Of a stretch of 64,000 nucleotides of DNA, positions 51,985 through 64,000 are shown in pieces (position 1 is the stretch's first letter; each line of letters opens with the position of its first letter). Under the pieces are notes generated by a model that saw only the letters and a list, made by a program, of their open reading frames with translations, did no database searches and was not told the origin of the DNA. Made by a program: the position numbers and the translations under genes. This stretch comes from Mobula hypostoma (Eukaryota): assembly GCF_963921235.1 (NCBI RefSeq), contig NC_086109.1:16928001-16992000 (forward strand), read 5' to 3'.

Positions 51985-52565
51985 AAATTCAAGAGGTTAT
52001 GTTGCAACTTTATAAAACTCTGGTTAGGCCACATCTGGAGTTTTGCATACAGTTCTTCTCACCCCACTGTAAGAAGTATGTTGAGGCTTTGGAGAGGGTG
52101 CAGGAGAGGTTTACCAGGATGCTGCCTGGTTTAGAGGGCGTGTGCTATCATGAGAAGCTGGACAAACTTGGGTTGTTTTCTTCTGGAGCATCTGAGACTG
52201 AGGGGAGATCTGTTAGAAGTTTATAAGATTATTTAAGGCACAGAGTAGACAGGGAGTATCTGTTTCCCAGGGTAGAAACGTCTAATACCAGAGGGCATGC
52301 ATTGAAGGTGAGAGGGGGTAGTTTGGAAGTTTTTTACTCAGAGAGTGGTGGATGCCTGGAATGCACTGCCTGGTTGAGTGGTAGAGGCAAATATATTGGA
52401 GACTTTTAAGAGACATTTAGATAGGCACGTGAGGAAGATGGAGGGACATAGACACTGGGTAGATAGGAGAGATTAGTGTTTAGGTGTTTTTGATTTACTT
52501 TTTAGCTGGTTCGGACAACATCGTGGGCCAAGAGGCCTGCGCCTGTGTGCCATTTTATGTTCTCT
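51985..52565 (+). mobile_element. CR1 3' fragment nested in an opposite-strand CR1
   Basis: Peptide LQLYKTLVRPHLEFCIQFFSPH...LERVQERFTRMLPGL. Confidence 0.88.
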
Positions 52566-52879
52566 GCCCTCCCATCTACGTTCATGTCATCAGCAAACCT
52601 GGAAATCTTAAACTCTGCACCCCCACCCCTTTCAAGAATATAAATCATAAATAACAAGGGCTATTGGGCATTCCACTAGTTACATCCAAAAAAAAACATA
52701 CTTATTCCAATTCTCTGTCTCTCATGTGAAAACAAATCTTCAAACCATCTTTACACACCTCCCCCCGCCGAATAGCAACTATTCGAGCTGAGTACCATGT
52801 TCTCCTAAGGGGTTGTCTGTTGGCCCTCAGGGAGATGTAGGGGCTGACCCGGATCCAAATATTCTGGTGCTGTGTGGAC

Positions 52880-53285
52880 AACAGTAAGTGGTGGCAGTGG
52901 TTAGCGCTGGGCCTTCTGGTTTTCGGTCTCTCCTTTCACAGCAGCTGTTCATTCTCTGCGGCACAGCAGAAGTCATTTTCATGCAGAGCACCTCCCTTTT
53001 GAACAGATTTCATCCGGGTGTATCTATTGAGTGCAACCTCTTCCCAGTTTTCAGTTGTAATGTTGAATTTCTTCAGCTTGAATCTGAAGCGTTTCCTTTG
53101 TCCACCAAGGACTCACTGACCTTCCTGCAACTGGGAGCAAGGGGTCTGTTTCAGGAGACATGAGCTAGGCATCTGACTGATGTGTCCTATCCATTGGAGT
53201 TGGTGTTGCTTTGTCTTGGTGGAGATGCTGTTCATGTTGTCCTCCTCCAGTACACTGGTATTAGCTCTTATCTTGTTCATCAATC
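52880..53285 (-). mobile_element. RTE-clade LINE C-terminal fragment
   Basis: Minus-strand translation NTSVLEEDNMNSI...QHQLQWIGHISQMP...GGQRKRF resembles RTE ORF C-termini. Confidence 0.65.
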
Positions 53286-54257
53286 TTTTAGGTGACTCTT
53301 TTTCAAATATATCTAAAAATCCAAATACGCTACCTCTACAGGTTCCCCTCTATCAATTCTGATGGCTCCATCCCTGAAAGACTTCAGCAAGTTTCCTAAA
53401 TGTAATTTACTTTTGATAAAACAATACTGACTTGGTTTGACCACATTAAGCTTTCTAAATGTCTTGCTACTTTTTTCTTTGATTAGCTGCATTTTGCCAA
53501 CAACAGATGTGAAGCTGAAGTGGCTATAGGAATCCACTTCCTTGTCATCCCCCATTCAAAACCAATGAAGTCACAGCTGTGGTTTGCAGTCCATTGGTGC
53601 CTTCCTAGAACTCAATCCATATTGAAAGTCTTCAACCAGTAGTTACACCATCTCTGCAGGCACACCTCTTAAATCCCATGGTGCAACCATCAAGACCTGG
53701 TCACCTATCTCCCTTCCATCTCATTATTTTTCCAGTCTCTTATCTCTCAGGACATGCATCATTCCCAGTTCTTCTGTACAGAAGGTAGCCCTTACAGCGT
53801 ACTCCACAGTGAAAGCGAGTACAATATATTGATTTAATTTATGTACTATTTCCTTATTCTCATTGTTAATTCCCCAGCTATGAGTAAGTAGCCCCACTGC
53901 TTTGTGGGCAGCCTTGGGAGAGACAAAGGCTACGGGAGTAAACCCAGACAGTAAATCCGGAGTGGAGCACCTAAGGCGGCCGGACATCACTGAACATCCT
54001 TCTGGCAGCTCCTGCAGCCAAGCTGGTGCCAAACGTGTTGCTTCATAAGCTTTCCTTTGGGCTACAGCGGGGAGTCCAAGAGGGGGATCTTGACAACTGG
54101 CCATCCCAGGATCTCCAGACCTTCCACCCAGGCTTGTGCCCTGGAGAAGTCACTCCAGCAATGCTATCACTCCATTGTCCTTCACATCACATTATTAATT
54201 CCCCAGTCTCACCCCTTCTTACATGCTTTTGACATTTTCCCCTTTATAATTTATCCA

Positions 54258-55240
54258 TAAGACCTAAGACATTGGAACACAATTGGGTCATTTGGCCCAT
54301 CGAGTCTGCTCCTCCATTTGATCATGGCTGATCCATTTCCCTCTCAATCCCATTCTCCTGCCTTCTCCCTGTAGCTTTTCACACCCTGGCTTATCAAGAA
54401 TCTATTAACTCCTGCCTCAAATACACTCAATGACCTGGCCTCCACAGCTGCAACAAATTCCATAGATTCACCACCCTCTTTCTAAAGAAATTTCTCATCT
54501 GCATTCTATTCTGAGGTTGTAGCCTCTGTCCTAGACTCCCCCACTATAGGAAATATTCTCTCTATCTGGGCCTTTCAACATTTGATAGTTTTCAATGAGA
54601 TTCCCTCATTCTTCTAACTTTCAGCAAGTACAGGCCCAGAGCTATCAAATGCTACTCACATGATAAGCCTTTCAATACCGGAATCATTTTTGTGAACTTC
54701 TTTTGAACCTTCTCCAATGTCAGTGAAGGGGCCCAAACCTGCTCACAATACACCATGCAAGGCTTCACCGGTGCCTTATAAAGCCTCAGCATTACATCCT
54801 AGTCATATTCTAGTCTTCTCAAAATGAATGCTAACATAGCATTTGCCTTCCTCACCAATGACTCAACCTGCAGGTTAACCTTTAGAGAATCCTGCTCAAG
54901 GTCTCCTAAGTCCCTTGGCACCTCGGGTTTTTGAATTTTCTCCCTGTTTAGAAAATGGTCCACACCTTTATTCTTTCTAACAAACTGCGTGACCATGCAC
55001 TTCTGGACACTGTAAACCATCAGCCACTTTGTTGCCCATTCTCCTAATCTGTCTAAGTCCTCCCACAGACTCGCTGCTTCCTCAACACTACCTGCCCTTC
55101 CACCTATCTTCGTATTGTCCGCAAACTTGGCCCCAAAGCCATCAATTCCATGATCCAGATCATTGACATACAACGTAAAAGAAAGCGGTCCCAATACCGA
55201 CCCATTTGGAATATCATTAGCCACCAGCAGACAATCAGTG
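54258..55240 (-). mobile_element. CR1 RT and 3' fragment
   Basis: Peptide GSVLGPLSFTLYVNDLD...AKFADNTKIGG...DLDRLGEWATKWLM. Confidence 0.9.
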
Positions 55241-56600
55241 AAAGCTCCCCTTATTTGAAAGGGAACACCTTGGGATCCATTAGACCATGCCTACCCTTGT
55301 CTTCTTTCCCCTGTTATTCATTGTTTGCACCTGAGTTTGACATCACTATACTGTACCCTGCATCTATATCACTATCCATGCTGTGCCTATTCCTCCTATT
55401 TTGGCGATTCTTTTAGAATCTCGTGAGTTCCCTCTCCTGGATATCCTGCAACTATGTCTCTGTGACACCTATTAGATCACACTCACCTGTATCATCAATT
55501 CATCCATCTTGTTACAACCTCTGCATTGGTCAAGGCGAAGAGACTTACATTTGACTTTTTACACTTTTTATTTCCTCCAGGTTTACTTTCTGCTGCTGGT
55601 CATGATGTACTTTGGATCTCCCCCTCAATATCCGAGCGATTGTGATCATCACTCCACGGGGGACCCTTAACACTGAGGTTTCCATCAATCCTCCCTCACT
55701 ACTCACTGTATCCACACTAACCATAAAGATTAGCTTTTCTTGTCACATCAAAACATTCGGTGAAATGTCTCCTTCGCGTTCAAGGCCAGTAGAGTCCGAA
55801 TATGTGCTGGGGGCAGCCCACAAGTGTCGCCATGTTTCCAGTGCCAAGTTACCCTTACTAATCCATAAGTCTTTCGAATGTGGGAGGAAGCCAGAGCACC
55901 CGGAGGAAACTCAAGCAAGCTGCTTACAGACAGCAGTGGGAATTGAACCCCGAATGCTAGCGCTGTAAAGCATTTCACTACCACGCCGCCCCTATTCTCT
56001 CATTTCATATTCATTTATTAAACTTCCCATGACTGGACCCCAAACCTCTCACTCATTTGATAAAATCCTTTCCCCTATCATATTTATGCTAGTCAATCAG
56101 CATCGGTCTGGTATAGTTCAAATGACCCATCCTTCCTTTCTCTGTACTGGTGTCGATGACCCATGAATCACAGCCCGTTTCACCTTTCCCAGTTTTTGAT
56201 CCACAAATTCACTTCTCAAAACTGATCTTTTCTCTGCCAATTTGCAAATAGAACATAGCACTCCAGAGCACAGCATAAGCCCGTTAGCCCACGATATTAT
56301 GCCGACCTTCTAACCTACTATGATCAATCTACACCTTCCCTCCTACATAGCCCTCCATTTTCTATCATACATCTGCCTATCCAAGAGTTTCTTAAATGCT
56401 CCAAATGTATACACCTCTACCATCGCCCTGGCAGGGCCTTCCACATGCTCACCACTCTCTGTGTAAAGAACTTACCTCTGATATTTGCCCCCTTATTTTC
56501 CTCCAATCACTTAAAATTATGCCCCCTGGTATTAGTCATTTCTACCCTGGAAAAAGGTCTCTGGCTATCCACTCAATCTATGCTTCTTATCATCTTATCA

Positions 56601-57180
56601 TCTATTGCCTGTTGCTGGGGGCGGGGTCGAAGCGCTCGGCAGAGATGGTGCTCGGTGCTCGGTATCGGAGGGCTGGTCGGAGGCTCGGAGTTTTCGGACA
56701 GACTCAAGAGTCGGCTGTGGTCGGGTGCTTCCAGGATGCTGCATCGGCAAGTTTGCGGCGCTGGAAGCTCATAGCAGGGAAAGTTTTTTTTCTTCCTTCT
56801 ACCGTCTGCGTGAGATGATGGGACTTCCGAGAGACTTGGAGACTTTTTTCTTACCGTGCCCATGGTCTGTTCTTTATCAAATTATGGTATTGCTTTGCAC
56901 TGTTATAACTATCGTTGACTGTTCCTCTTCCTAGAGATGCTGCCTGGCCTGCTGCGTTCACCAGCAACTTTGATGTGTGTTGCTTGAAGTTCCAGCATCT
57001 GCAGAATTCCTCGTGTTTGTGTTATAATTATGTGGTTTTTGTCAGTTTTTCTAGTCTTGGTTTGTCTTGTGTTTCTGTGATATCATAACGGAGAAACATT
57101 GTATGATTTCTTAATGCATGCATTACTAAATGACAATAAAAGAGGACTGCGTATCCTCATAATCTAATCTAATCTAATCT
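56601..57180 (+). mobile_element. Second copy of the (TAATC)n-tailed non-autonomous element, with a nested Penelope pLTR piece (about 56912-57019), inserted in a CR1 (about 56250-57345)
   Basis: Shares CCGTGCCCATGGT...ATCAAATTATGGTATTGCTTTGCACTG...TAAATGACAATAAAA...CTCATAATCTAATC with the reverse complement of 26748-27385. Confidence 0.75.
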
Positions 57181-57414
57181 TGTACACCTCTATCAATCAC
57201 CCCTCATTCTCCTTCTCTCCAAAGAGAAAAGCCCTAGCTTTCTCAACCTATCCATGTTCTCTAGTCTAGGCAACATCCTGGTAAATCTCCTTTGCATCCT
57301 CACTAAAGTTTCTACATCCTTCCTATAATTGAGGTAACCGGATCTGATCACATTTTAGGTAATAATCCAGAGACTATCTCCCTTTTAGTTCTACTTATCA
57401 ATTTTGCTCTGTAA

Positions 57415-57630
57415 ATCTACTGTAGACTCTCCTTCCCAGTCCTGCAAATGACATAAGTGTCTACATGGACTTGGACAAACGGATCCTTCCTCTCCCACTC
57501 CATCTTTCTCCAGTCCAGAAGAGATGTCCTAAACCCTGGCAGGAGGAAGGAACACAGCCTTTGAGACTCACTGTCCTTGCTGCAGAGAATGGTACCTGCT
57601 CCCATAACTACACTGTCTACTTGACTGCAG
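57415..57630 (-). mobile_element. CR1 ORF1 esterase-like remnant
   Basis: Peptide DSVVMG...LC...LPG...EWERKDPFVQVHVDT resembles the SGNH-esterase-type ORF1 (VVHVGTND) of CR1 elements. Confidence 0.55.
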
Positions 57631-59959
57631 GACTTGCTCCTGCGCCGAGATGTCACAGAAGGCTTGTCTTTTCTAAATAAAAGTTTTAAGAGGTCATTCA
57701 ATAACAAGGCAGCACTACATTTATGCCTAAAACCGGTTGATGCACAGAGGAGGAATTACAGTGGAGAATTTATGTCAATAGGGGAGGAGTTTTAGGCACA
57801 TGAATGTGAGGAAAATTGAAGAATATGCACATTGTGCAGGCAGCAGAGATTAGTTTAGTTGGCTATTTGATTACTAATTTAATTAGTTTGGCACAACGAA
57901 GGGCCTGTTCCTGTGCTATACTGTTCTGTGTTGTATGTTTAAGGATGGGGGTGAAGAGTGATAATGACTGACTGAGGTTTCTTGGAGGTGGAGAGAGGAA
58001 GCAGGAGGTGTACTGCATTTGTGGCTTCATAGGAGGCCTGAGTACAAAGGCAGCCATTTCAAGTCCTCACTAATTGAAAAAGCAGCAAATCACATGAGCA
58101 AACAAGGCTGATGTAGCCATGCACAGCAGCAGGTCTGCACCACATACAGTACTTGATACCGTCTGCTCTGTAGGAGAGCTGGGCGGGTGATCATTGCTGC
58201 TCACTACTGTTTCCCCATCTCCTCCCCCACCCCCCAAGTTCCCCTGCCCAGTCCCTGCCCATCTCTGCATTGTGCCTTTCAGAAAATGGGAAAGTTTGAC
58301 TGCAAATAAGTTGCCCCGTATGCCCTTTTTACTTTCCATCCATCAAAACTTCACCCAGATGAATTCTCGGCCAGTGACCCAGCCCACACACTCACTCCCC
58401 AATCCAATAATTCTGCAGCTAAACTTGTTTGAAAACACCAGCAGTGAAAGCAAATTTAATGCTGTATGATTTTGAGATCCACTCTATTTGTTTTTCACTG
58501 CTATAGCTCCTGCAAATTTCACGGAAAAAATTGAAAAGTTTCTGTAATTTGTTAGTGACTCCATTCAAAAGTTCCTTAAGTGGTCAATTTCTTAAATGTC
58601 GAGTTGTGTTTCCCTACACTGGAGGGGGAGGAGTTCAGAGATCAAAGGCCGGTGATAAATGTTGGCCACTCTGGACTTAAGTGAGGGGAAATTTCTTCAG
58701 TCAGAGGGTTGGAAATTTGTGTTCAGGCCTGGAGTGTAATCAAGGATGAATTGAATAGATTCTTCGTTGATCAAACTTAACAAAGGGTGGCAAGGAAGCA
58801 TTGAAGTTGTCATAACACTATTGCAGTACCAGCAACCCAGGTTCAATTCCACCGCTGTCTGTACGGAGTTTGTACGCTCTCCCTATGACTGCATGGGCTT
58901 CCTCCAGGTGCCCCAGTTTCCTCACACATTTCAAAGACGCGCAGTTCAATTGGTCACATGGGTAGAATCAGGCAGCAAGGCCTCATTGGATTTGGACGGC
59001 CTGTTACCTTGTTGAGTCTCTAAATAAATAAAAATTGGTGGATCAAGGAATACAGAGCAGGAATGAGAATACGGAGTTGAGATAGTAGAGAGTTTTGATC
59101 TTACTGAATGCCCTCAGCCAGGCAGAAGAGTGAGCTGATTGGACAGTTCTGTGTTGATTCTGGGGAAGGTCAGGACTTTGTGAATCAGCAATGATGAGGG
59201 AGGGGATGTAGTTGTGGAAGTTACCAGACGAAGGCAGTGAGGGTGGAGTGGGTGGCTGTGCCCGGAGCAGTGATCAGAAGACAAAATAAGGATGGCGGAG
59301 AGCGGGGTGGGGTGGGGTTGCGGGATATGGATGAGGCATGAGGGAATGGTGTGAAGAACTCTGAACTAGCTCAGAGGAGCAAAGGGACTTTGGAGTCCTC
59401 CTGCAGGATTCCTTAAATGTTAACTTGCAGGTTGAGTCAGTGGTAAGGAAGGCAAATGCAATGATTCATATTGAGAGGACTAGAATATAAAAGTAAGGAT
59501 ACAATGCTGGGACTTCTGGCATTGGTCAGACAGCACTTGGAGTATTGTGAGCACTGTTTTGGACCAGCTATAGAACACATGAGCCAATCAAGGCTCTTTA
59601 CAACTTAACTCTCTTATATAAGAAGAAATTGCTTTCTCAGACCATTCACAATCACATTAAAGAATGCAAATCACATTAGAAATGTGAGATTATGGCTTAA
59701 GATCAAGATTCTGCAGTTACTTGCCATTCAGTTACAACTGATTTTGATCAGCCTGCCCAGGGTAGTTACTGTAGCAGAGAGATGAACACAGAGCTGACAT
59801 TCAGTAGTATGGGAGATTCAGTCAACCCATCACTCCGGTTTCAGAAATGAGACAGCACACTGCTACATTTGTTCCACATAGAGCAGTCCCTCGCTGTACC
59901 AGTGACCTTGTTTCAACCTGACCTTCTGTGTTGCCTGTGTAGAGTTTGCAAATTCTCCT

Positions 59960-60300
59960 CTAATGTGGAGAGAACATTTCCAATATGGGAGAGTCTGGGA
60001 CCAGAGGGCACAGCCTCAGAATGCAAGGATATCCCTTTAGAACAGAAATGAGAAGGAATTTCTTTAGCCTGAAGGTGGTGAATCTATGGACTTCATCACC
60101 ACTGATGGCTGTGGAGGCCAAGTCATTGAGTACGTTTAAAGCAGAGGTTGATAGGTTCTTGATTAGTAAGGGCGCCAAAGGTTACAGGGAGAGAGCAGGA
60201 GAATGGGGTTGGGAGGGAAAATAAATCTGCCACAACCTAATGTGGAGCAGAGTCAATGGGCCAGTGGCCTAATTCTGCTCCGACGTCTTAGGTTCTTATG
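59960..60300 (+). mobile_element. CR1 3' fragment
   Basis: Peptide GESGTRGHSLRMQGYPFRTEMRRNFFSLKVVNLWTSSP. Confidence 0.85.
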
Positions 60301-62339
60301 ATCCACTTCAAATAATTACCTTAGCTTATGAAGATAAAAATTAGTTTTATTTGTCACCTGTACTTCCAAACATGGAAACATACAGTGAAATGAGTCGTTT
60401 GCGTCAACAACCAACACAGTCGAGGATATGCTGGAGGCAACCCACAAGTGCTGCCAATTCTTCAGACGCCAACATAACACGCCCGTGCTTACTAATGCTA
60501 ACTCATATGTCTTTTAGAATGTGGGAGCAAACTGGAGCACCCAGAGGAAACCTACACAATCACAGAGAGAGCATGTAAACTCCTTATAGACAGTTGCAGG
60601 AATTAAGCCTCAATCGCTAGACCTGTAAAGTGTTACGCTATTGTGCGGCCCGCTACCATTTCACGTAAAGCATTTAGAGCACTGTATTAAAAAATCCTTG
60701 TGCCCTCTCTCCTCAAACCAAGTTAAATGTTAAATAATGTCCTCTCCACTTTTACTAACTACACCCTTAAGAATTTTAGCAATGACTTCTAATAATCTCC
60801 CTTCATTTTCTTCTGCTGCTGGAAAAAATAACCGCAGTATGTCCAGTCTTTCCACACTAATACTTACCGATTAGCAATACCCTTCTTCACCTTGCTACTA
60901 GCTTGCTTTGTAAAACATACCCTCCCTTTCCTGTAACCAGATACAGTCCTGCAACTTTTTGTTGTTGTTCAATATTGTAATTCCTGATGTTGTAAGTCAA
61001 CACAATAGAACCTGAAATCCCAAAATCACAAATCACACCCTTTAATGCTTTATGTGAAATGGAAAAAAAAAGTTTCTCTCATGTACCTGTATGTGCAAGT
61101 CTAGAGGAATACAAAATTATGAGGGATATAGATAGGGTAAATGCAAGCAGTTTTTTTTACCCCTCTGAGGGTGGAAGAGACTAGAACTAGACGTCATGGA
61201 TTAAGGGTGAAAGGTGAAAGTTTATGGAGAACATGAGAGGGAACTTCACTTAGAGGGGGTGGGAGTGTGGTACAAGCTTTTACAGAAGTGGATGTTGGTT
61301 CATTTTCAAAACTTAAGAGAAATTTAGATGATTACATGGAGAGGAGGGGTATGGAGGGCTATGGTCTGGGCGCAGGTCGATGAAACTAGGCAGAATAATA
61401 GACCAGCATGGGCTAGGTGGACTGAAGGGCCTGTTTCTGTGCTCCAGTGCTCTATGACTCAAGATACTGATTATTTTTATGTTCTCTCTGTACCTCGCCG
61501 AGAATCGACACCACAGAGTCTCAATCTACTTGCCACTCAGCAGCTCACAATATGTTATCGTGGGGCACCAACACAATTTGCTTTCCATGTGTCTATTTAA
61601 AAGATGTTTTGTATTTGTTTCTTGGCAGTAATGGAATAAAGATCAATATTCTGCCGCAGTTCTCGTTTTGACATTGGCAGATGTCTACCAGCTCAAATTG
61701 AATGAACCATCTGGTAAAGTTTGTAAAGCTAGTAAATCTGGTTTGCAGCAGTGTGCTGCTAAGGGTACTGGTGGGGCAAAAGCAATAGGATAGGAACCAT
61801 TGTTCTTGCCACTCTGGATTCTCCTGAGAAGTAAAAGTCAAAGTAAATTTATTCTCAAAGTATGTATAGGCTTGTTTGTCCTACTCGAATCGGGGAAGAG
61901 ACAATGAAGCATCACAGCCAGGACCAGACTCAGAAACAGTTACCTCCCCCGAGCTGTCAGGCTGATCAACACCTCCACCATTAACCCGCCCACCACCACT
62001 AGTGTCATTTAATGTACATACAATACAATCAGTCAATGCATATAACTTGTCCATTGTGTTTTATAGGATTGCTTTTATGTTTATATTTATTGAGTTTTTA
62101 TTTTGTTTTTTATTATTATGTTTTTATGCTACATTAGATCCAGAACAACAATCATATTGTACCCCTGAATGACAATAAGCAATCCTGAATCTTCAATCTG
62201 CAATATCGCCATATAGTACACTAAGATTCTTGTGGCAATTACAAGAAAGTGAAGAAATACAATAGAATCAATGAAAGACTATACATAAGCAAAGACTGAC
62301 AAACAACCAATGTGCAAAAGAAGGCAAATTGTGCCAATA

Positions 62340-62880
62340 AGTAATCCTAAGAACATGAGTTGTAGAGTCCTTGAAAGTGAGTCTGTAGGTTGTGGAATCA
62401 GTTCAGAGTTGAGGTGAGTGAAGTTATCCACACTGGTTGAAAGGTAATAAATGTTCCTGAACCTGGAGGTGTGCGACCTAAGGCTCCTCCTGTCTCTCCT
62501 GCTTGTTGGCAGTAGCGAAAAGAGAGCATGACTTAGAAGGTGTGGGTCCCTGATGATGGATGTTGTGTTCCTGTGACAGTGCTCCGTGTAGCGCTCGGTA
62601 ATGAGGAGGGCTTGCTGTAATGGACTGGACTGTGTTCACCATTTCGGTAGACCCTTCCATTCTTGAGCATTGGTGCTTCCATTCCAGGTCATGATGCAAC
62701 CAGTCAGGGTACTCTCCACTGTGTATCTATAGAAGTTTGTCAGCGTTTCGGATAATGTGTCAAATCTGCACAAACTTCTAATAGAGGTGCTGCCACATTT
62801 CCACCATGATGGCACCTACCTGCTGGTTCCAGCACAGATCATCCAATAGGAATACACCAACAAATTGAAAGTTACTGACC
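62340..62880 (-). mobile_element. Rex1/Babar-like 3' fragment
   Basis: DNA similarity to 16700-17140 and 49050-49400 (ACAAACTTCTATAGATACACAGTGGAGAG). Confidence 0.65.
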
Positions 62881-64000
62881 TTTATTTTCTACTAAATCTT
62901 TGCACCTACTCTATATTCTGCTGAGATACATGTCACTTTCTCTGCATGAGGGACTCCACAGCTTCTCTGCAGTCTGCTCAGAAACTCAATGCGTCTTCTC
63001 AACAACTCTTCACCTCTACGTCCTTCAGCAGTCCCTTCATACCAAAGATAACAAACATGAGACACCCATCCTGATGAAAAGTCTCGGCCTGAAACATCAA
63101 CTGTTTACTCTTTTCCATAGATGCTGCCTGGCCTGCTGAGTTCCTCCAGCGTTTGGTGTGTGAGACTGAGGATGAGATACATGCACTGCCTCTCAGTGGG
63201 TAGTGAGAATGCTGAGAATTCCTTTGTGGACTCCTCAAACCCTGCCCACAGGCGAGGCACGTGGTGCTTAATGAAATGAGTGGGCCGGTCATTTAGGATG
63301 AAGCAGAAAATGCTCACGGGGCTGAGGTGACATCTGTGGAAAGGGAATCAGAGTTAATGTTTCTGATCAATGAACCTTTGTCAAAACTCAGTCAGGCCTT
63401 GAGCTAAAATGTTTACTGTCAAAGAACCTAGTGATGGCTGACAATGAGTCTGTAGCGCTTTCTCTGGCTAGGATCATAGCCTACATATCACTATGTACCA
63501 GATCAAAATGGAAACACGGTAGTGCAGAGTGCTTGAGATGGCACTAGCCAAAGGTGAGAGGTGCTCCCTCTTCCACAGGATAAGTCCACTCCCATGCCAT
63601 TAGCTTTAGGAACATTCCCACAATGCTTAGCAGAACAACACTGGACACCAGCAATGAAACAACAGCAACAAAACCAGCCCCATTCCTCACTCACACACAC
63701 ACAAACATTCCTCCAACCCTAAACAGGTCTCCACCGGGCCTCTGGCCTCCAGTGGACTTGCCGATTCACAGACACTGGGCTTTCCACTTCCCCAGTAGAT
63801 AAGCAGGCATTTGCCACTGAGGTGGGGGCGGGGGAGACTTAATCTAGAGGTCATAGGTTAAGGGTGAATGGTGAAATATATGAGGGGAACCTAAGGGGTA
63901 TCTTCTTCACTCAGAGGGTGGTGTGACCATGGAACGAGCTGCCAGCAGAAGTGGTGGATGCGGGTTCGATGTCAATATCGAAGAGCAGTTTGGATAAGTA

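Noticed and set aside
61493..61830. Minus-strand exon-like segments
   Set aside because: The splice-bounded segment has stops in all three frames, and the adjacent 82-aa ORF resembles nothing I recognise.
37020..64000. Syntenic neighbours such as TMEM81 or RBBP5
   Set aside because: No recognisable exons. The longer ORFs here are CR1, Rex1/Babar, RTE or Penelope remnants.

Overview
Vertebrate nuclear DNA. The repeat landscape (CR1/HER1-type LINEs, Penelope-like elements, Rex1/Babar, tRNA-SINEs, Tc1) suggests a cartilaginous fish, probably a ray; this is inference. The only gene I can support is the 3' half of contactin-2 (CNTN2/TAG-1/axonin-1) on the + strand. Nine coding exons from 2292 to the stop at 37019 splice in one frame (1298 nt, about 432 aa). 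They encode the four FnIII domains and the GPI-anchor signal, and one intron is GC-AG. Most of the remaining sequence is decayed or nested transposon DNA. The most interesting non-obvious signal is that the abundant Penelope-derived repeats carry minimal hammerhead ribozyme motifs. One young copy has an intact catalytic core, lies in sense about 1.2 kb downstream of the CNTN2 stop, and sits in the loop of a perfect 57-bp inverted repeat with a 16-bp TSD. Other observations include a 400-bp fold-back element from a second hammerhead-bearing family, a templated inverted insertion, a solo LTR and two speculative exons. All calls were made by eye without database searches, and repeat boundaries are approximate unless a TSD is given.
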